64,000 nt of DNA, taken from positions 1,027,759 to 1,091,758 of the forward strand of contig JALDTO010000266.1 in assembly GCA_023515725.1 (NCBI GenBank), given 5' to 3'. The stretch is from Amoeboaphelidium protococcarum X5 (Eukaryota; Fungi; Aphelidiomycota). A model generated the notes under the pieces. That model made no database searches and had not been told where the DNA came from. It was given only the letters and a program-made list of their open reading frames with translations. Below are positions 12,727 through 29,311 of the stretch, piece by piece; the first letter of the stretch is position 1, and each line of letters opens with the position of its first letter. Both the position numbers and the translations under genes were made by a program.

Positions 12727-13919
12727 ATGTTGAAGTCTTCAGCAAGTATATCTAGATCGCGAACTTCCTTAAATAGATTAATTGCGGTATATTTGTTTTA
12801 AACGTATTATCAGAATGCGTACTTATCTAATCGCATTTGGATTGTGTAATGTAGGTTCGTTCAGTGAAAACTCTAGATTTCGGAGGTAGCAGAGAGACGG
12901 TGTATGAGCGTGCTGATTACCCGCCAGATAAGTTGAAGAAGATGTTCAAAAATGACACCTTTGCTGTAATCGGCTATGGTACTCAGGGCCGCGCTCAATC
13001 GCTAAACTTGAAGGATAATGGAATGAAAGTTATCCTCGGTTTGCGTAAGGATGGCGCGTCTTGGAAACAGGCCTTGAGTGACAAGTGGGTACCAGGTGAG
13101 AATCTGTTTGATCTTGATGGTGCACTTTCTAGAGGCTCTATCATTATGAACTTACTAAGTGATGCTGGTCAGAAGGAGCAGTGGCCAATGATGAAGAAGT
13201 ACTTGACCAAAGGGAAGACGTTGTACTTCTCGCACGGATTTAGCATTGTCTTTAAGGAAGATACTGATGTGATTCCTCCAAAAGATATCGATGTGATCAT
13301 GGTGGCCCCAAAAGGTTCTGGTACTACTGTGAGAAGTCTATTCCTTGATGGTCGCGGCATTAACTCTTCTGTTGCCGTACATTAAGACGTGTCTGGTCAG
13401 GCAAAGGAACGCGCTATAGGTATTGGTGTTGCCATCGGCTCCGGCTACCTGTATGATACCACTTTCAAGAAGGAGGTCGTGTCAGATCTGACTGGGGAGA
13501 GAGGTATTCTGATGGGAGCTATTCAGGGTTTGTTTAGAGCTCAGTATGATGTTCTGCGTGCCAAAGGTCATACTCCAAGCGAGGCTTTCAATGAGACTGT
13601 TGAGGAGGCGACTCAAAGTCTGTACCCATTGATCGGTGAAAAGGGCATGGACTGGATGTACGAGAACTGCAGTACCACGGCTAGACGAGGTGCCCTAGAT
13701 TGGTGGCCAAAGTTTTATGAGGCGTCCAAGCCTGTCTTTGAAGAGCTGTACGAGAAAGTTGAGAGTGGCGAGGAGGCTAGAAGAACTCTGGACATGTGTG
13801 GGTAAAAGAATTACCGCGAGCTCTTGGAGAAGGAAGTGGCAGAAATTCGCAACTCTGAGATCTGGACTGCTGGGAAGACTGTCCGCTCTTTAAGACCAGA
13901 AAATAAGAACTCTAAATGA
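12727..13919 (+). CDS. ILV5: Ketol-acid reductoisomerase, mitochondrial; intron 12787-12854
   Basis: IGYGTQGRAQSLNLKD, SHGF, VAPKGSG, SDLTGERGILMG, HTPSEAFNETVEE and CSTTARRGALDW; N-terminal presequence exon. Confidence 0.96.
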
Positions 13920-14380
13920 GTTATAATGACTAATTGGTTTAACTGAATATACATTGATAGTACTTAAAGCTTAATTTGACGCGTTTTATATCTAAAGCCA
14001 GCTTATTCTTTTGCCGTACATTTATCGTATTCATACGATTACGAACTGAATGAATTAACCTCATCCCGAGACACTTTTTATTGCGTACGGGCAGCCTAGA
14101 TTAAAAACACATAGCTCATTGAATGTTTGTCTCAATTTCACTTCACGATTTTCTTTACACATCGAGAATGTCAGTATAAGTGCACTCCATCTTGCTCATT
14201 GAGCACGTTCGTGTGATGTGCGAAACAAAAGTAGGCCGGTACTAAAGTCTCTGAGAAGTTGAAAGCCATGGAGAGGTTTACTCAGCAATTCTCCCTGCGC
14301 GTTTCGCTTGAGCGCGTCTCTCTGGTTAATTTCTTTTCCTTACCAGAGCACTCAGCTGTTGACACAAGTTGCCATAAAAT

Positions 14381-15200
14381 ATGTATTAGTCAAGGTATGT
14401 AATATTCCAACTTGTCCTTAATCTTAAATTTACTTTAAATACAATATACATGTAGAACTGAATATGATAGAGGTGTCAATACCTTCTCACCGGAAGGACG
14501 TCTATTTCAGGTTGAGTACGCAATGGAGGCTATCAAGCTGGGATCTACCGCTGTTGGCATTTAAACTTCATAAGGTGTAATTCTTGCCGTTGAGAAGAGA
14601 GTCAACTCCCCGCTGCTGGAACCATCGTGTATTAGAAAGATTGAGGAGCTGGACACCCATATTGGTTGTGCTATGAGTGGTCTTACCGCCGACTCTCGCA
14701 CCATCATCGATCACGCCCGTGTGACTGCAGCAAATCACCACTTTGTGTACAATGAGAAAATTAAGGTGGAAAGTGTTGCGCAGGCGATCTGTGACTTGGC
14801 ACTCAAGTTTGGTGAGGGAGCGGACGGAGAACAGGCGGTGATGAGTCGTCCGTTTGGCGTCGCTCTGCTGATCGCCGGCGTTGACGAGAAAGGACCGCAG
14901 TTGTTTCACACTGATCCGTCTGGAACTTTTGTTCAATGGCAGGCCAAGGCTATTGGTGCCGGATCTGAAGGTGCATAGACGGAGCTGTAGGATTAGTATC
15001 ACAAGAACATGACTCTGGCAGAGGCTGAATCCTTGGCTTTGAAAATTCTGAAGCAGATCATGGAGGAGAAGTTAACTTCCGTGAATGTTCAAGTGGCCAG
15101 CGTTACCAAGGAGAATGGATTCCACATTTACGCTGAGAATGAGTTGTAGCAGATTATTGACAGAAATGTCGCGTCTAGCACCGAGCCATCTGCTCAATGA
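14381..15200 (+). CDS. PSMA5: 20S proteasome subunit alpha-5; intron 14395-14455
   Basis: [37 protein letters not shown] and [10 protein letters not shown] (Q encoded by TAG). Confidence 0.97.
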
Positions 15201-15442
15201 TTATGTCTATTAAATTTATCCTTTGTGAGTTTACTTTTTAGCCTGTATTATTTGTTGTATTATTTAGAGCCATCTTCTGTGGGGTCAAGTTGCCAAGAGA
15301 CTGTCGTGAGATGTTCGAACTGAGGACAAACAAACAGTGCTGATTGATTACCCACTTCAAATTGATAGTGAGTGCTCTACTTTCATCTTTTACATTTATT
15401 AAATTTTTAAGTAGAAGAAGTTCTTTAATACCCAACTACGAA

Positions 15443-17118
15443 ATGCTGTCTGGAGATCAACGTGCTAATTTATCATCAACTTCTACTCAGTTTGCTCGCG
15501 TGGAGTATTTGTTACAGAGATCTCTCGGCGCTAGTACAGCCAAGATCACCTCTGCCACTGTGATATCTAATCCGCATTAGTTGTTGCAGTTTGAAAAGCA
15601 GGCTCAGGTAATATAAATTTTGTAAATATATAATATTTTCATTTAGTTATCTTTTCATGATTGTAGAATAAGACTGTTCTCGAGAGTTTTGTCGATGTGC
15701 AACAAGTGTCTGGATCTCATAGTGATGATGAATTGATCAAAAGACTGAGTTCACCCGAGTTTAAGCTTGCATCTGCCGCTGGTATGAAGTTCTCTGTTGG
15801 TAAGATCAAGTTGGAAAATGCATAGACAAAGAGCTAGACTTCCACCAAGATTGTCAAAAAGATGGTGGTGTTCAAAGTTGTCGTTGGGCGTTCTTAAATC
15901 GCTGATCCTGCGAATGTGATGAAAGACGATATCCCTGATGGTTACGACTCGTTCCTGATTAATCATGATGCCGCCAGCCCTACTAACTTTCATTACGATT
16001 ACTGGATCAAGAACGCCTCCCAGGTACTGCCAGAGTACATTATCACGTTTGAGTTTGACCCGATTGCTGAGAAGAACTCTCGTGAGAAGCCAATTTGTGA
16101 CAATTGTGAGAAGGCATTTGCAACTGTTCACTGCGCCGCTGATGTAGCTAATCTATGTCAAGATTGTGATACGAATTTGCATAACGCCAATAAGCTTGCA
16201 TAGCGCCACATAAGAACGCCTATTGGGTAGGGGGCTGATGTTTTTGGACGTTGCCGTCACCACCCAGAGAAGGTGATTGAGTTCTTTTGTTCTCAATGCC
16301 ACGTGCCCGTCTGCGTGCACTGTAAAATGGTTGGTAATCACTCGAGCGGTGAGGCTTCCAAGCATAAGCTAGTTGCTGTGTCGGAGGCTTTTGATCAAGT
16401 GTTGAAAGAGAGTAAGATCAAGGACCAGGTATTGGCGAACAAGAAGAAGGATATCTCAAAGAAAGTGGAGCAGATCCATGAACGGGCACAGTAAGTTGAG
16501 CTGCAACATAAGGAATTGGAGGCCCAGTTACATGACATTTACAAGTCTGCCCTGGGTAAACTTCGCAATGAGGTAAATAAGAAACTACTGACTTTATCTG
16601 GAGATGAATGCGAACTCAAGAGATAGGAATGTGAGATTGACCAGCTTGAATCTTTCTTGGAGTACATAAGAACAGGTGTTGATGCTTGTCATCTTCTGAA
16701 TAGTTGGAGCCGCCATCAGATGAGTAGACAGGAAATGCATCAATTGAAGAATTTCCGAGAGTATATTGACGTGTTTTGCGACTTGAAGGTAGTTGGAGCA
16801 TTAAGCGTGACGTGCGACGAATCGATCAAGTCTGAAGTTGCATAGAGCTACTCTAATAAACCGGGTAGAACGCGATAATAGCAAGTGTAATAAGTGTCTC
16901 GTAGCACTGCTCACGACGCAGCATCTTCTCGTGGTGGCTTGGCTGTTAGCACCACTGGCACTGTGCCTGGGAATAGAGTAAGCAAGAGAACGTCAGACTT
17001 TTTTGCAGAGACCTTGAACGCGCTGGAAGACATGGGCTTAGAGAGATCATCGTACGTGAACAATTACAATGATGATGAAAAGTCGATTATCACGACTGCA
17101 GGATATGAAAAATACTGA
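15443..17118 (+). CDS. Degenerate PARP/ART-fold domain + two B-box zinc fingers + coiled coil; intron 15608-15666
   Basis: VVGRS...IPDGYDSF...YWIKNASQVLPEYIITF resembles the PARP catalytic C-terminal strands. B-box 1 CDNC...C..D...LCQDCD...H...H, B-box 2 CRHH...FFCSQCHVPVCVHC...H...H, then a heptad region. Confidence 0.8.
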
Positions 17119-17524
17119 AAACGGTAGATCTGGTGCAAAGACTGACATCCGAACGAAGTAGATAGAACAGATAAAGATGATGAATGCAGATTTACGATTA
17201 GTTTTATTATTAGTTTTCATTCAACAAGTTCTTTAGCCTTCCAACCGTAATCTTTTAGGCCAGAACCACCTTGTCTCCATAATGCAAGACTGGGACGAAG
17301 TAGTCATACTTATCTAGCCATCTTTCATTCTCCTTCTTGTCAATATCAACTACAGCGTAATCAAGATCCATACTATCCAACGCGTGCACAGCCTACTCAC
17401 AAAGTCCGCAGTTCTATCGCGTGAATAATGTATAGCCAGTGCGATTTAACAGCTATTAAGAAAAGTACGACTTATGATTCCAAATATTAAGATGGAATAC
17501 AGGTTTAAATTTTCTATACAACAT
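17090..17524 (-). CDS. Glutaredoxin-like DUF836 (C5orf63/YDR286C-type) protein, probably mitochondrial; C-terminus uncertain
   Basis: TLFTRQNCGLCEQA, VDIDKKENERWLDKYDYFVPVLH. The first in-frame TGA is at 17090-17092, inside the convergent gene. Confidence 0.8.
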
Positions 17525-17710
17525 CTAGAATGAAATTTTCATGAGTTTGATCGTAAAATTTCGTAGAATAGATCACTAATAGGTGGCACTCACGTATAAC
17601 ATTGTTGGTAAAAGTCTGCGATATTTTATTCGCGTAATATTTCAATGTAAAAGACATTATCATTATTGACATTCTAAAGGCAAAGCTTACTTCCTGTAGT
17701 AACTATTCAC

Positions 17711-17955
17711 CAGTGTGATTTTAAGAGTAATAACCATAATGTGTGGATCCGCACATTCTTCGTACAGTTTCAGCTCAGAAAGCGTGGATCCACACATTGT
17801 GCATTTAAGCCGGTATCTCACTGAGAACATCTAAATTTGACATATAATGTATTCATTGTATTTATGAGCATAGTATAAAGTATAAGAACTTGTTGAAAAG
17901 TGATTTGCAGTGCGATTTTAAGAGTAATAACCATAATGTGTGGATCCGCACATTC
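17711..17955. repeat. Two 48-bp direct repeats (17711-17758, 17908-17955; 1 mismatch), each holding a near-palindrome, plus a third inverted partial copy at about 17784-17801
   Basis: CAGTG(T/C)GATTTTAAGAGTAATAACCATAATGTGTGGATCCGCACATTC occurs twice; GTGGATCCACACATTGTG lies between the copies. Confidence 0.9.
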
Positions 17956-18338
17956 GCGTTGACTTGACTGAACAGTTTCGACCCTCACAGTTGTGGCCTG
18001 TTTTTACATCAGACGATTGAGCAAGCCCGCTGGGCTACTAGCAAACTAAGCATATATTACATGAACAATGAGTAAAAGCATGTAAATCGCTTTACTGAAC
18101 ACGATAGTTAACCAATAACAATGAATTTTAACTTTAATATGAACAATCAATCACTCAAGGCTTACTGTTTAGTTATTATAACCCTGTCTCTCAACCGCCC
18201 GCTCGCTCGCAACGTGCTGAATCAGAGAACTGTTTGGCCGTTAGCCTTTTCCTGCTCGTATTGTTGCTCTTTGATCTTCAGCATAACTATTGTTACGTAG
18301 AATAGAGTTAGACTGAATATATATATTAAGGCAAAGGA

Positions 18339-21300
18339 ATGCAATAAATGGTATTTTTATATAGCATTTAGTTTTATTATATTTTATGTTGAGTGAATTA
18401 AGTTTGTAGAGCCTTGAATAGACTGTGGAGAACTTTTTCGATTCCAAGATCCCGTATGATTAAAAGGCTGCTTTAGGTATGAAATCGATTGGAATTGTCA
18501 TTGTTTATTTTACCTCTCGATTTTAAAATACTTATGTAGAATCTCAGCTATAGTAATGGAAGATTAGACCGTTAGCTTGGAGGGAGGCCGTCAACATCCT
18601 ATAAGGGCAGTCTAGTTAGAATATGCAGTGGTTCGCTTTATCCATGGTTGAGGTTGGTTATAATATTCGGTTCTTTTACAAGTTGAAATATTTATTGAAT
18701 TGTAATGGCATGAATGTAGGAATCTATATTGAGACATTGGGAGGGAATTACAGATGGTGAATAAGAGTAGTTGAAGTAGTTCTGCCTCAATATTCTTGAA
18801 CGACACAACCAGAATGGAGTGCTGTCGTTAATGTCCAGCAACAAGTTGATTAAAGTTATTGTGGACTTGGCCAAGAGAATGTGGCCTCATAGATTTCCCG
18901 AACTACTTCCTCTGATTAATAAGTGTATCTTATCACCTCCGCTCAGTCCGACGGGCAAGAAACTGACCAAGTCGCTGCATGCTGAGGCATTTACTGGACT
19001 TTCTCTCCTGAAGACTCTATTGGAAGAGTTCCTGTCCGCTGGCAATAAGCCTGATATGTCTTCAGCCAGGAAATAGGAACTGAAGCATTTACTGTTTAAT
19101 GACAATGCTGCATCTAATGGATCCATCATGTCGAGTGTGCTGCATCTATTAAAGATTACACTGGATGGTATATACGGTGGAAGTGTTGGTGGTCAGCACG
19201 GAATTGGGGCAGGAAGTGGTGGTTATAATGTTCAATTTGGTGGTTCTGCGTTTCCATAGGGTGATGTTAAGCATTAGCGGAGTATTAGTGCAGATGGAAG
19301 GGAGCCAAGTTATCAACAGGCCTACTTGCCCAGTCCATAGGCTAATTCTCCTACACCTTAATACAATCAGTCCCAGGTGGTACAAATGGCTCTAAATCTC
19401 AGCTCTGTCAATTCGCGTCAACTCTTAACTAGTCCTATTTCGATAACACCAAGAGGTTAATTTGACTCTGAGAGTAGAGAATTGTGTGTGCTGACTCTGG
19501 ATATAATCGTCCTCATCTTTACTCATATTCCGCTGGATACTGCTAGTGGTTAGCAGTGCTTAAATATATACCTGCTGGATACAGTTTTTAAACTTGTGCA
19601 CGTTAATGATTCCACCAGTGTCGAGATTGGCAATGCTGCGCTGAGTTGTATCAGTGAATTGCTATTGCGCAAGTTTATGCCACCACAAAGTAATGAGTAC
19701 GTGACTGTCATATTTTTGCATATTTATGAGGTGCTGAAGCATTTAACTGATGATTCGGATAACAGTCTGATGGATGATCTGGATGATGAGTATCGATCCA
19801 GGTTTGCTGAATTGTTAACGCTATTCATGTAGAATTGCCTGGGGAAGATTGAGCGTCTATAAAATTTGCCACTTCCCAATCTATTGGAATTGATGTACAA
19901 ATTCACCATGCAGTAACCTGACGTGCTTGCGTTTAGAGAATGCTTGCTCATCTGGCACCAGATTGTCCTGTTTATTCAGTATAGTCAAGAGACGTTGTAG
20001 TCTCCTACCTCTCGATTATAATAATAGATTCCTTAGTCTTAGACTCATTAAAAGTTGAAATAAGGTATGCTTATGCTGAGTCTTAACTTGTTAGCCAAGA
20101 TGCAGTATACAGTGAATCCATCCTTTCTGCAGGATATTGAGGATGCAGTGGAGAACTCTAGTGGTTAGACTGATATGGACATGTATATCGACGAATGTTT
20201 ATCTATCCTGGAGCCTACACTGAAGCTGTATCCTCAGGAAGTGATTCAGGTGATTTGGGAAATGTATGAGAGACAAGTGGCCACCTTTTAATAGATAATC
20301 GGTTAGTAATAACAGTAACAATAAGGCATGCAGTAAAAGTCCTTGTCCGAATCTGCTCATATCATGTACAGCTACAAAGACTTGAGAACCTCCACAAAAA
20401 TTGTCGGCCACCTGGCTGAGGTATTTGTGGACAACTTTGAGGCCTCTCTGGATTCCACTTTCAGTCTTGTACTCAAGTTTTTGAATGTGATCAGTAATTG
20501 TTTGAATGGATATGCGGCCAACTAGGAGCATAATGACTACATTAAGCTGTGTACAGAATCGTATCTGGTGATTCAGTCTTATGTCTTTTGGTTGACCACT
20601 CTGTAATAGAAAGTGTGCGGCAAAGATAGTAATGGTGGTGGAAATATTGGCAATAAGAATCTACTACCAAAATTTGATGAACTAACACAAAACATATTGA
20701 GTGCCTGTATTGCTGTATTCAGGCCGGGAATGTCAAAAAGAGTGCAGCTGGCTGCATCTCAGGTACTCTAGTCAATTTGTATAACTGTAAAGCCATAGAA
20801 TTTATTTTCATACGGAGATGTGGGTAATTTCGTGTCCAATATACACTAGATATGTCAGGATATTCCACATGAAGTTAAAGCTAATATCTACTTTGGTGTC
20901 TCATCGGCGCTGTTGAATCTACTGCCTCATCTTAATAATGAGACCACGTAAGAGTATGCGGCCTTTGTATCCGGTGTTGTAGATCCGTTTAAATAGCTAC
21001 TTAATTAGGCTAGTAGTAATCAGTCTGTATTTGCAAATAATGAGATTCAGGATAGAATTGCGCACGTCCTTGTCATCTTATCATCGATTCTGAAAAGTGT
21101 GGAGTGTGAAAAGGCTGCGGTGCGTTAGATTTTATACTCTACCATCCGGGATGTGGTTGGTCCTAGTGCTTAGCTGCTTAATGTATATAATTAGAATGAG
21201 AAGCTTTTATTCTCAATCACCTCATTCCTGTTATAGTTGGTTACCTGTGTTAAACGTTAGATTGCGCCAGAGTAGTTGGTTGGTATTGTTTAGCAATTAC

Positions 21301-22127
21301 TATCTGTCTTCAATGAGCAAACTGTTGCCGCCTTATTGAATGATATCAATGAAGAATGCGCACATATCCTCAACAATGTCTTTAGTATCATGAATATTCT
21401 GGTGGAAGATCCATCCTCCTCGTCTAAAGTGTCACTATAGATTCTACCAGACGTTTGCTAATTCTGCATTGGAAGATGTGCTCCAGTTCTGTAGTAAATC
21501 GATACAGGCAATGCAATACTGAGTCGTCCTGTATTCTTTGAACTTATAAAGTCAATCGTTGTGAATTAGTGGAAGTTGATATATCCTAATGATAGCTCAT
21601 CTGCAGTTGGTGGAAATTCTTTCAGTCAACAGGTTGCTCTCTTTGACGGACTCATAAGTATATTGTTGAATGCTTTTCAGTCCACCAGTCCGGATCTAGT
21701 CAAGGCTGATATGTAGGTGCTGATTGAGATCAACAACAAGTGCAAGTTATTCTCATCCGCTCACTTTCGTCAAGATATGTTCTCGGTGTTTGTAAGAGTG
21801 ATCTTGTCGGTGCTGGTAGATAAGAGCCATGATCTGTTGCGTGACGAACTTATCCATTTCTTGTTTGTGATTGCAAGTAGTAGTGGTAGTGGTAATGGCG
21901 GAGATTTATAGCCATTTTACACTTAAGCTGTTCCATTATTTTTATAAGATAAGAATGATGTCTCTGTACGACACAGGTAATTGCTGTTGGAATCGATGAA
22001 GCCTGTTCGTGATTCTCCATCTTTTACTCTGGGCATGAATTAGTTTGTTGATGACTTGCTCTATTACTCACGTATAGATTCTAGTGATGATGCATCTTCG
22101 TAGCCATTGATGAATATGTCATTTTGA
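18339..22127 (+). CDS. XPO6: Exportin-6 (profilin-actin nuclear export receptor); introns 18351-18409, 18477-18539, 18653-18719
   Basis: SLEQTVENFF, NKLIKVIVDLAKRMWP, GLSLLKTLLEE, DMSSARKQELKHLL, ALSCISELL and LVDKSHDLLRDEL match XPO6 segments as I recall them. Confidence 0.85.
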
Positions 22128-22355
22128 TTTATTGCTTGTTGATTGCATTGGCACTGAATTGCTGATTAGTTATATGGCTGATTGCGACTATTTAAATCAA
22201 TGGTGGATCAGAAGCTAACAATTACAAGGTAAAACGGATATTGCGATAATGTGAAAATGTGAGATATATATTGAGATTGGCATAAAGATTATAGCTTCTT
22301 GAATTGTGTTCATGATACTTCACTTAAACTTTATAAAATATGATCAGACAATCAA

Positions 22356-25859
<3,504 letters not shown>

Positions 25860-26337
25860 ATTGATTTGACCCTAAAGACAGTTGAATATAAAAGTTAACT
25901 ATTACCAGTAGTTAAATAAAGCAATTATTATTACCGGTATATTCACAACTGAGTGAAAGGAGAAAATGTTCGACGAGAAAGAATAACGAACGAACGACCA
26001 GGCGAGCGTTTCAATATGCTGTACAGTATGTTTCAGATGACGAGGGAGGTTGATAGATGTAGAATTATGTGAAAGGGTAAATGAATGCGTGCAAAGAGAA
26101 ATAGTTCCAAATGATTTTCCCGGTGGCCGTTTAAAAAGTAAAGAAAGAAGTGGAGAGAAAGAGAGAGAGAAGATATAGATGGCGTGAGTCTTAAAGATAC
26201 AACTATTGAAAATGACGACAATATAACTTGATGGTACCGTAAAACTACAAAAATTCGCGCGTTAAAATGGGTACAAAACCGAATCATATTGAAAACATAA
26301 TGATGATATTATCATGGATCATTAAAGAGTGATTTTT

Positions 26338-27575
26338 TCACTACTACACCTTGTTCTTTTGCATTCGAGTAGACATGAACCAGTTGCTGGCGAAAGCAAA
26401 TGAATCGAATACTAAATCTCCCAGCGTACCCATGAGACGCGTCAGAAAGCGAAACTATACTCCATACATGCCCTGTATTCCGATACAGTAACGGGTGGCC
26501 GGTACTCTACTCTCGATGGCATCTCTCGCGGCAATGGCAACAAAAGAAGGCGGCGTTGATACAGAGCTAATAGTCTTGTAGAACTGAGTAGCCAATGGTA
26601 TCCACTGACTGTAATACTTGAACTTGTCGCTACTTGGATCTTTCTAAATACTGGCTATCCATCCATCGTCCGCAGCACTGGAACTCTTTTCAATCAATGG
26701 ACTATAGACCATACCTACATGATTTTTACCGCCAAAATGAATAAATATTAAGATAAAGTTAAACAGGCTCAAAATACTTACCTGGTTAGATGGAAGAGAC
26801 AGCAATGCCTTGAGGCTTCAATTCTTGGCGCAGTGCATCGACAATAGCCTCCAGTGCATGCTTACTGCTCGAATAAGGACCGAACGTGGCCAGGGATATA
26901 ACACCGGCAATACTTGAGGTGAACACAACGCGTGGACTATACTGAGTATCTGCAGCAGTCTTACGCAGCACCGGCAGGAAGGCTTAAATCATGCGCAGAG
27001 CACCAAACACGTTAACATCGTACATATCCTACATTGTTTTGACATCCATCAGCTCCACAGGCGTAGGATTGTGTACACCAGCATTACTCACTAGACTGAC
27101 TAAGGCCATATTTTCAGTGCTGCACACCTTCTCAATTTACTGCTTGGCCTTGTTGATTTGATCTTATTTAATTACGTCGCATATTAATGGCATAATCTTG
27201 CCTACAAATAACTAGTCAGAAGTAATTCAGGTTTAGCGATTAAGTTTTAAAAGTGATAAAAGTACCTTTAGGATGGATGTTCTTGTTCATCGCCTTCAGA
27301 TCAGATACCAGAGCATCGCCATCGGACTGCTTTCTGACACAAGCGAAGACTGCGTAACCCAGAGAGGCTAGGTAAAGACTCATCTCCTTACCAATTCCAG
27401 TGCTCGATCCAGTAATCAACACAGCAGGCTATGGCGCAAAATTCTTTACATCCGTAGAGGTGGGATTGAATCGAGGTACAAGTCCAGGAAGAGCATAACT
27501 TAGTACAAGATACAGTACACCTCTCGCAAACAGCAGCGACTGGAACAGAGGAGCAAACAACAATTCGGTACCCAT
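26338..27575 (-). CDS. Classical short-chain dehydrogenase/reductase (RDH/17-beta-HSD-like), N-terminal membrane anchor; introns 27202-27265, 26715-26781
   Basis: [23 protein letters not shown] (YxxxK) and IQPG across the second intron. Confidence 0.9.
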
Positions 27576-28323
27576 TCTAATACGTTAAAATTTACCTCTT
27601 AAAATTGGTTAGAAAATATATATTAAACGCACCAAGCTTTTTATTGTTGCACTAAGAGTCAATGAGGAATCAAACAGTCGGACGATCTTCAGAAAGCTTA
27701 CGTTCTGAATCTGACAGTGAATGCGCGTGATTATTCGTATCTCGTGTCACTCATTGAATAAGTACAAATGTTCCATTTTCGCGTACTATATATTCAAGCA
27801 TAAATTGTATCATAATACAAAATAAAGTCAAAATACTTGAACATACATGTAGTCACCATTTACTATCTCAAACCATTTGGTGTTCACTCCAATCATCAGA
27901 CATGTTTCAGACGCGTGTTATCAGATCATACGTTACAGTATAGTCGTACATCAAGAGTTAATTCGCTTTCATCACCAAAATCGTGTTATGTAATATGATC
28001 AGTATCATCTCTTCAATTCTTTGTTAGATATGAAAGCCATAACATCAAAGAAGTATATGCCACCAGCTGACTGAGGCTATTCATTGTTCAGCAAGTAGAT
28101 GTTCTATTTGATCTAAATAAATTGAGTTTCAAAGCTTATTTAGATGAGATTATTATCTTCATGGCGTTATATCTATATAAAATAAGGATAAACTTACTTT
28201 AAAGTAAATATTTACTAAAGAATTTGTGCAAGACAGTGCCACAAGATCTTGATACAAAGATCGATCAGCAAATCTTCATCTCGCACCAAGTGAACGACAC
28301 GCATAATTAGTAAAGTTAAAGAT

Positions 28324-29050
28324 ATGCCGAACAAATAAATTGTATTGGGAAGTGCATCGGTAGGTAGAAAGCATATTCTAAGTGAAATTATTGGATCAAA
28401 TAATTTTCAAATACTCAAGGCTGACATTGATGAAGATGCTATCGGAGATAGGAGAAAGGATGCGCCATCAGATCTGGTTGTCAAAATCGCTTTAAAGAAA
28501 GCTGAAGCGATAATTAATAGGTACCCGAATGCACTCAAGGGCTGCATACTGATAACTAGCGATGAAGTCGTGGAATACAAAGGCTAGATACGTGAAAAAC
28601 CAAAATCTGAAGAGGTATGATCTCTCAGATCTTAATGGTTATAATCATCGCGTCGTTGTAGGAATGCCGATACTTTCTGAATAGTCTCAGTAACAACAGT
28701 GTCACCTGTCATACTTCTTTAATTGTCACTGATGTTGAAACTGGTAAATAAGTGGTCAAGTGTGATTAAGCTACTCAGCATTTCAATAAAATTGCGGACG
28801 AGGCTATCAGCGCGTTGATCACAAAAGGTGATGTTATGTATTGCGCGGGCGGGTTTACTGTAGAAGATGGTGTGATTTCATTACTTATCAACTCATTATT
28901 TATAATAGATTTAAAGCGCAAATCTTTTGTATTGTAGATTTACTGAAACCATATCTAGGCGCGCTTGAAGGCGAATTGGAGACCATAATAGGACTTCCGA
29001 AAACCATGCTCATTAAAGTTCTTCAAGAATTTGGATATGAGTCACTCTGA
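28324..29050 (+). CDS. Maf/YhdE-family nucleotide pyrophosphatase; introns 28615-28661, 28870-28937
   Basis: IVLGSASVGRK, ADIDE, ALKKA, LITSDEVV, IREKP, YCAGG and TIIGLP. Confidence 0.9.
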
Positions 29051-29175
29051 ATAAATAAGAATGTTTGCTTTATCCACCTTTATATTTGCAGCATACGTGA
29101 TGCTATAACAACTATGTACATCCGCTTCAATTGACATTGTTGTTAAGGTGAACTATCAAATCACAACTTTCATTC

Positions 29176-29191
29176 TTCGGTTACTTCGGTT
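29176..29191 (+). promoter_or_regulatory. Candidate ribosomal-protein promoter element TTCGGTTACTTCGGTT
   Basis: About 120 bp upstream of the RPS27 ATG; the identical 16-mer lies upstream of RPL26. Confidence 0.65.
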
Positions 29192-29311
29192 GACGGGCGC
29201 GCGAATTTTCTGAGCTTGGATCATTACAGCGAAAAGTCAGCTCACGTATTACTATCGTTAGTGATCGAAAAAAAGGAATAATTAAAATAATAATAATAAT
29301 CCGTAGACACA

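Noticed and set aside
17711-17955. CRISPR-like reading of the palindromic direct repeats
   Set aside because: Only two full copies separated by about 150 bp, eukaryotic context, and no cas genes
25872-25934. Possible 5' UTR introns before USP7 (ending CTTTAG) and RPS27 (ending CCGTAG at 29306)
   Set aside because: They cannot be verified by reading frame; noted only as potential exceptions to the TGTAG rule
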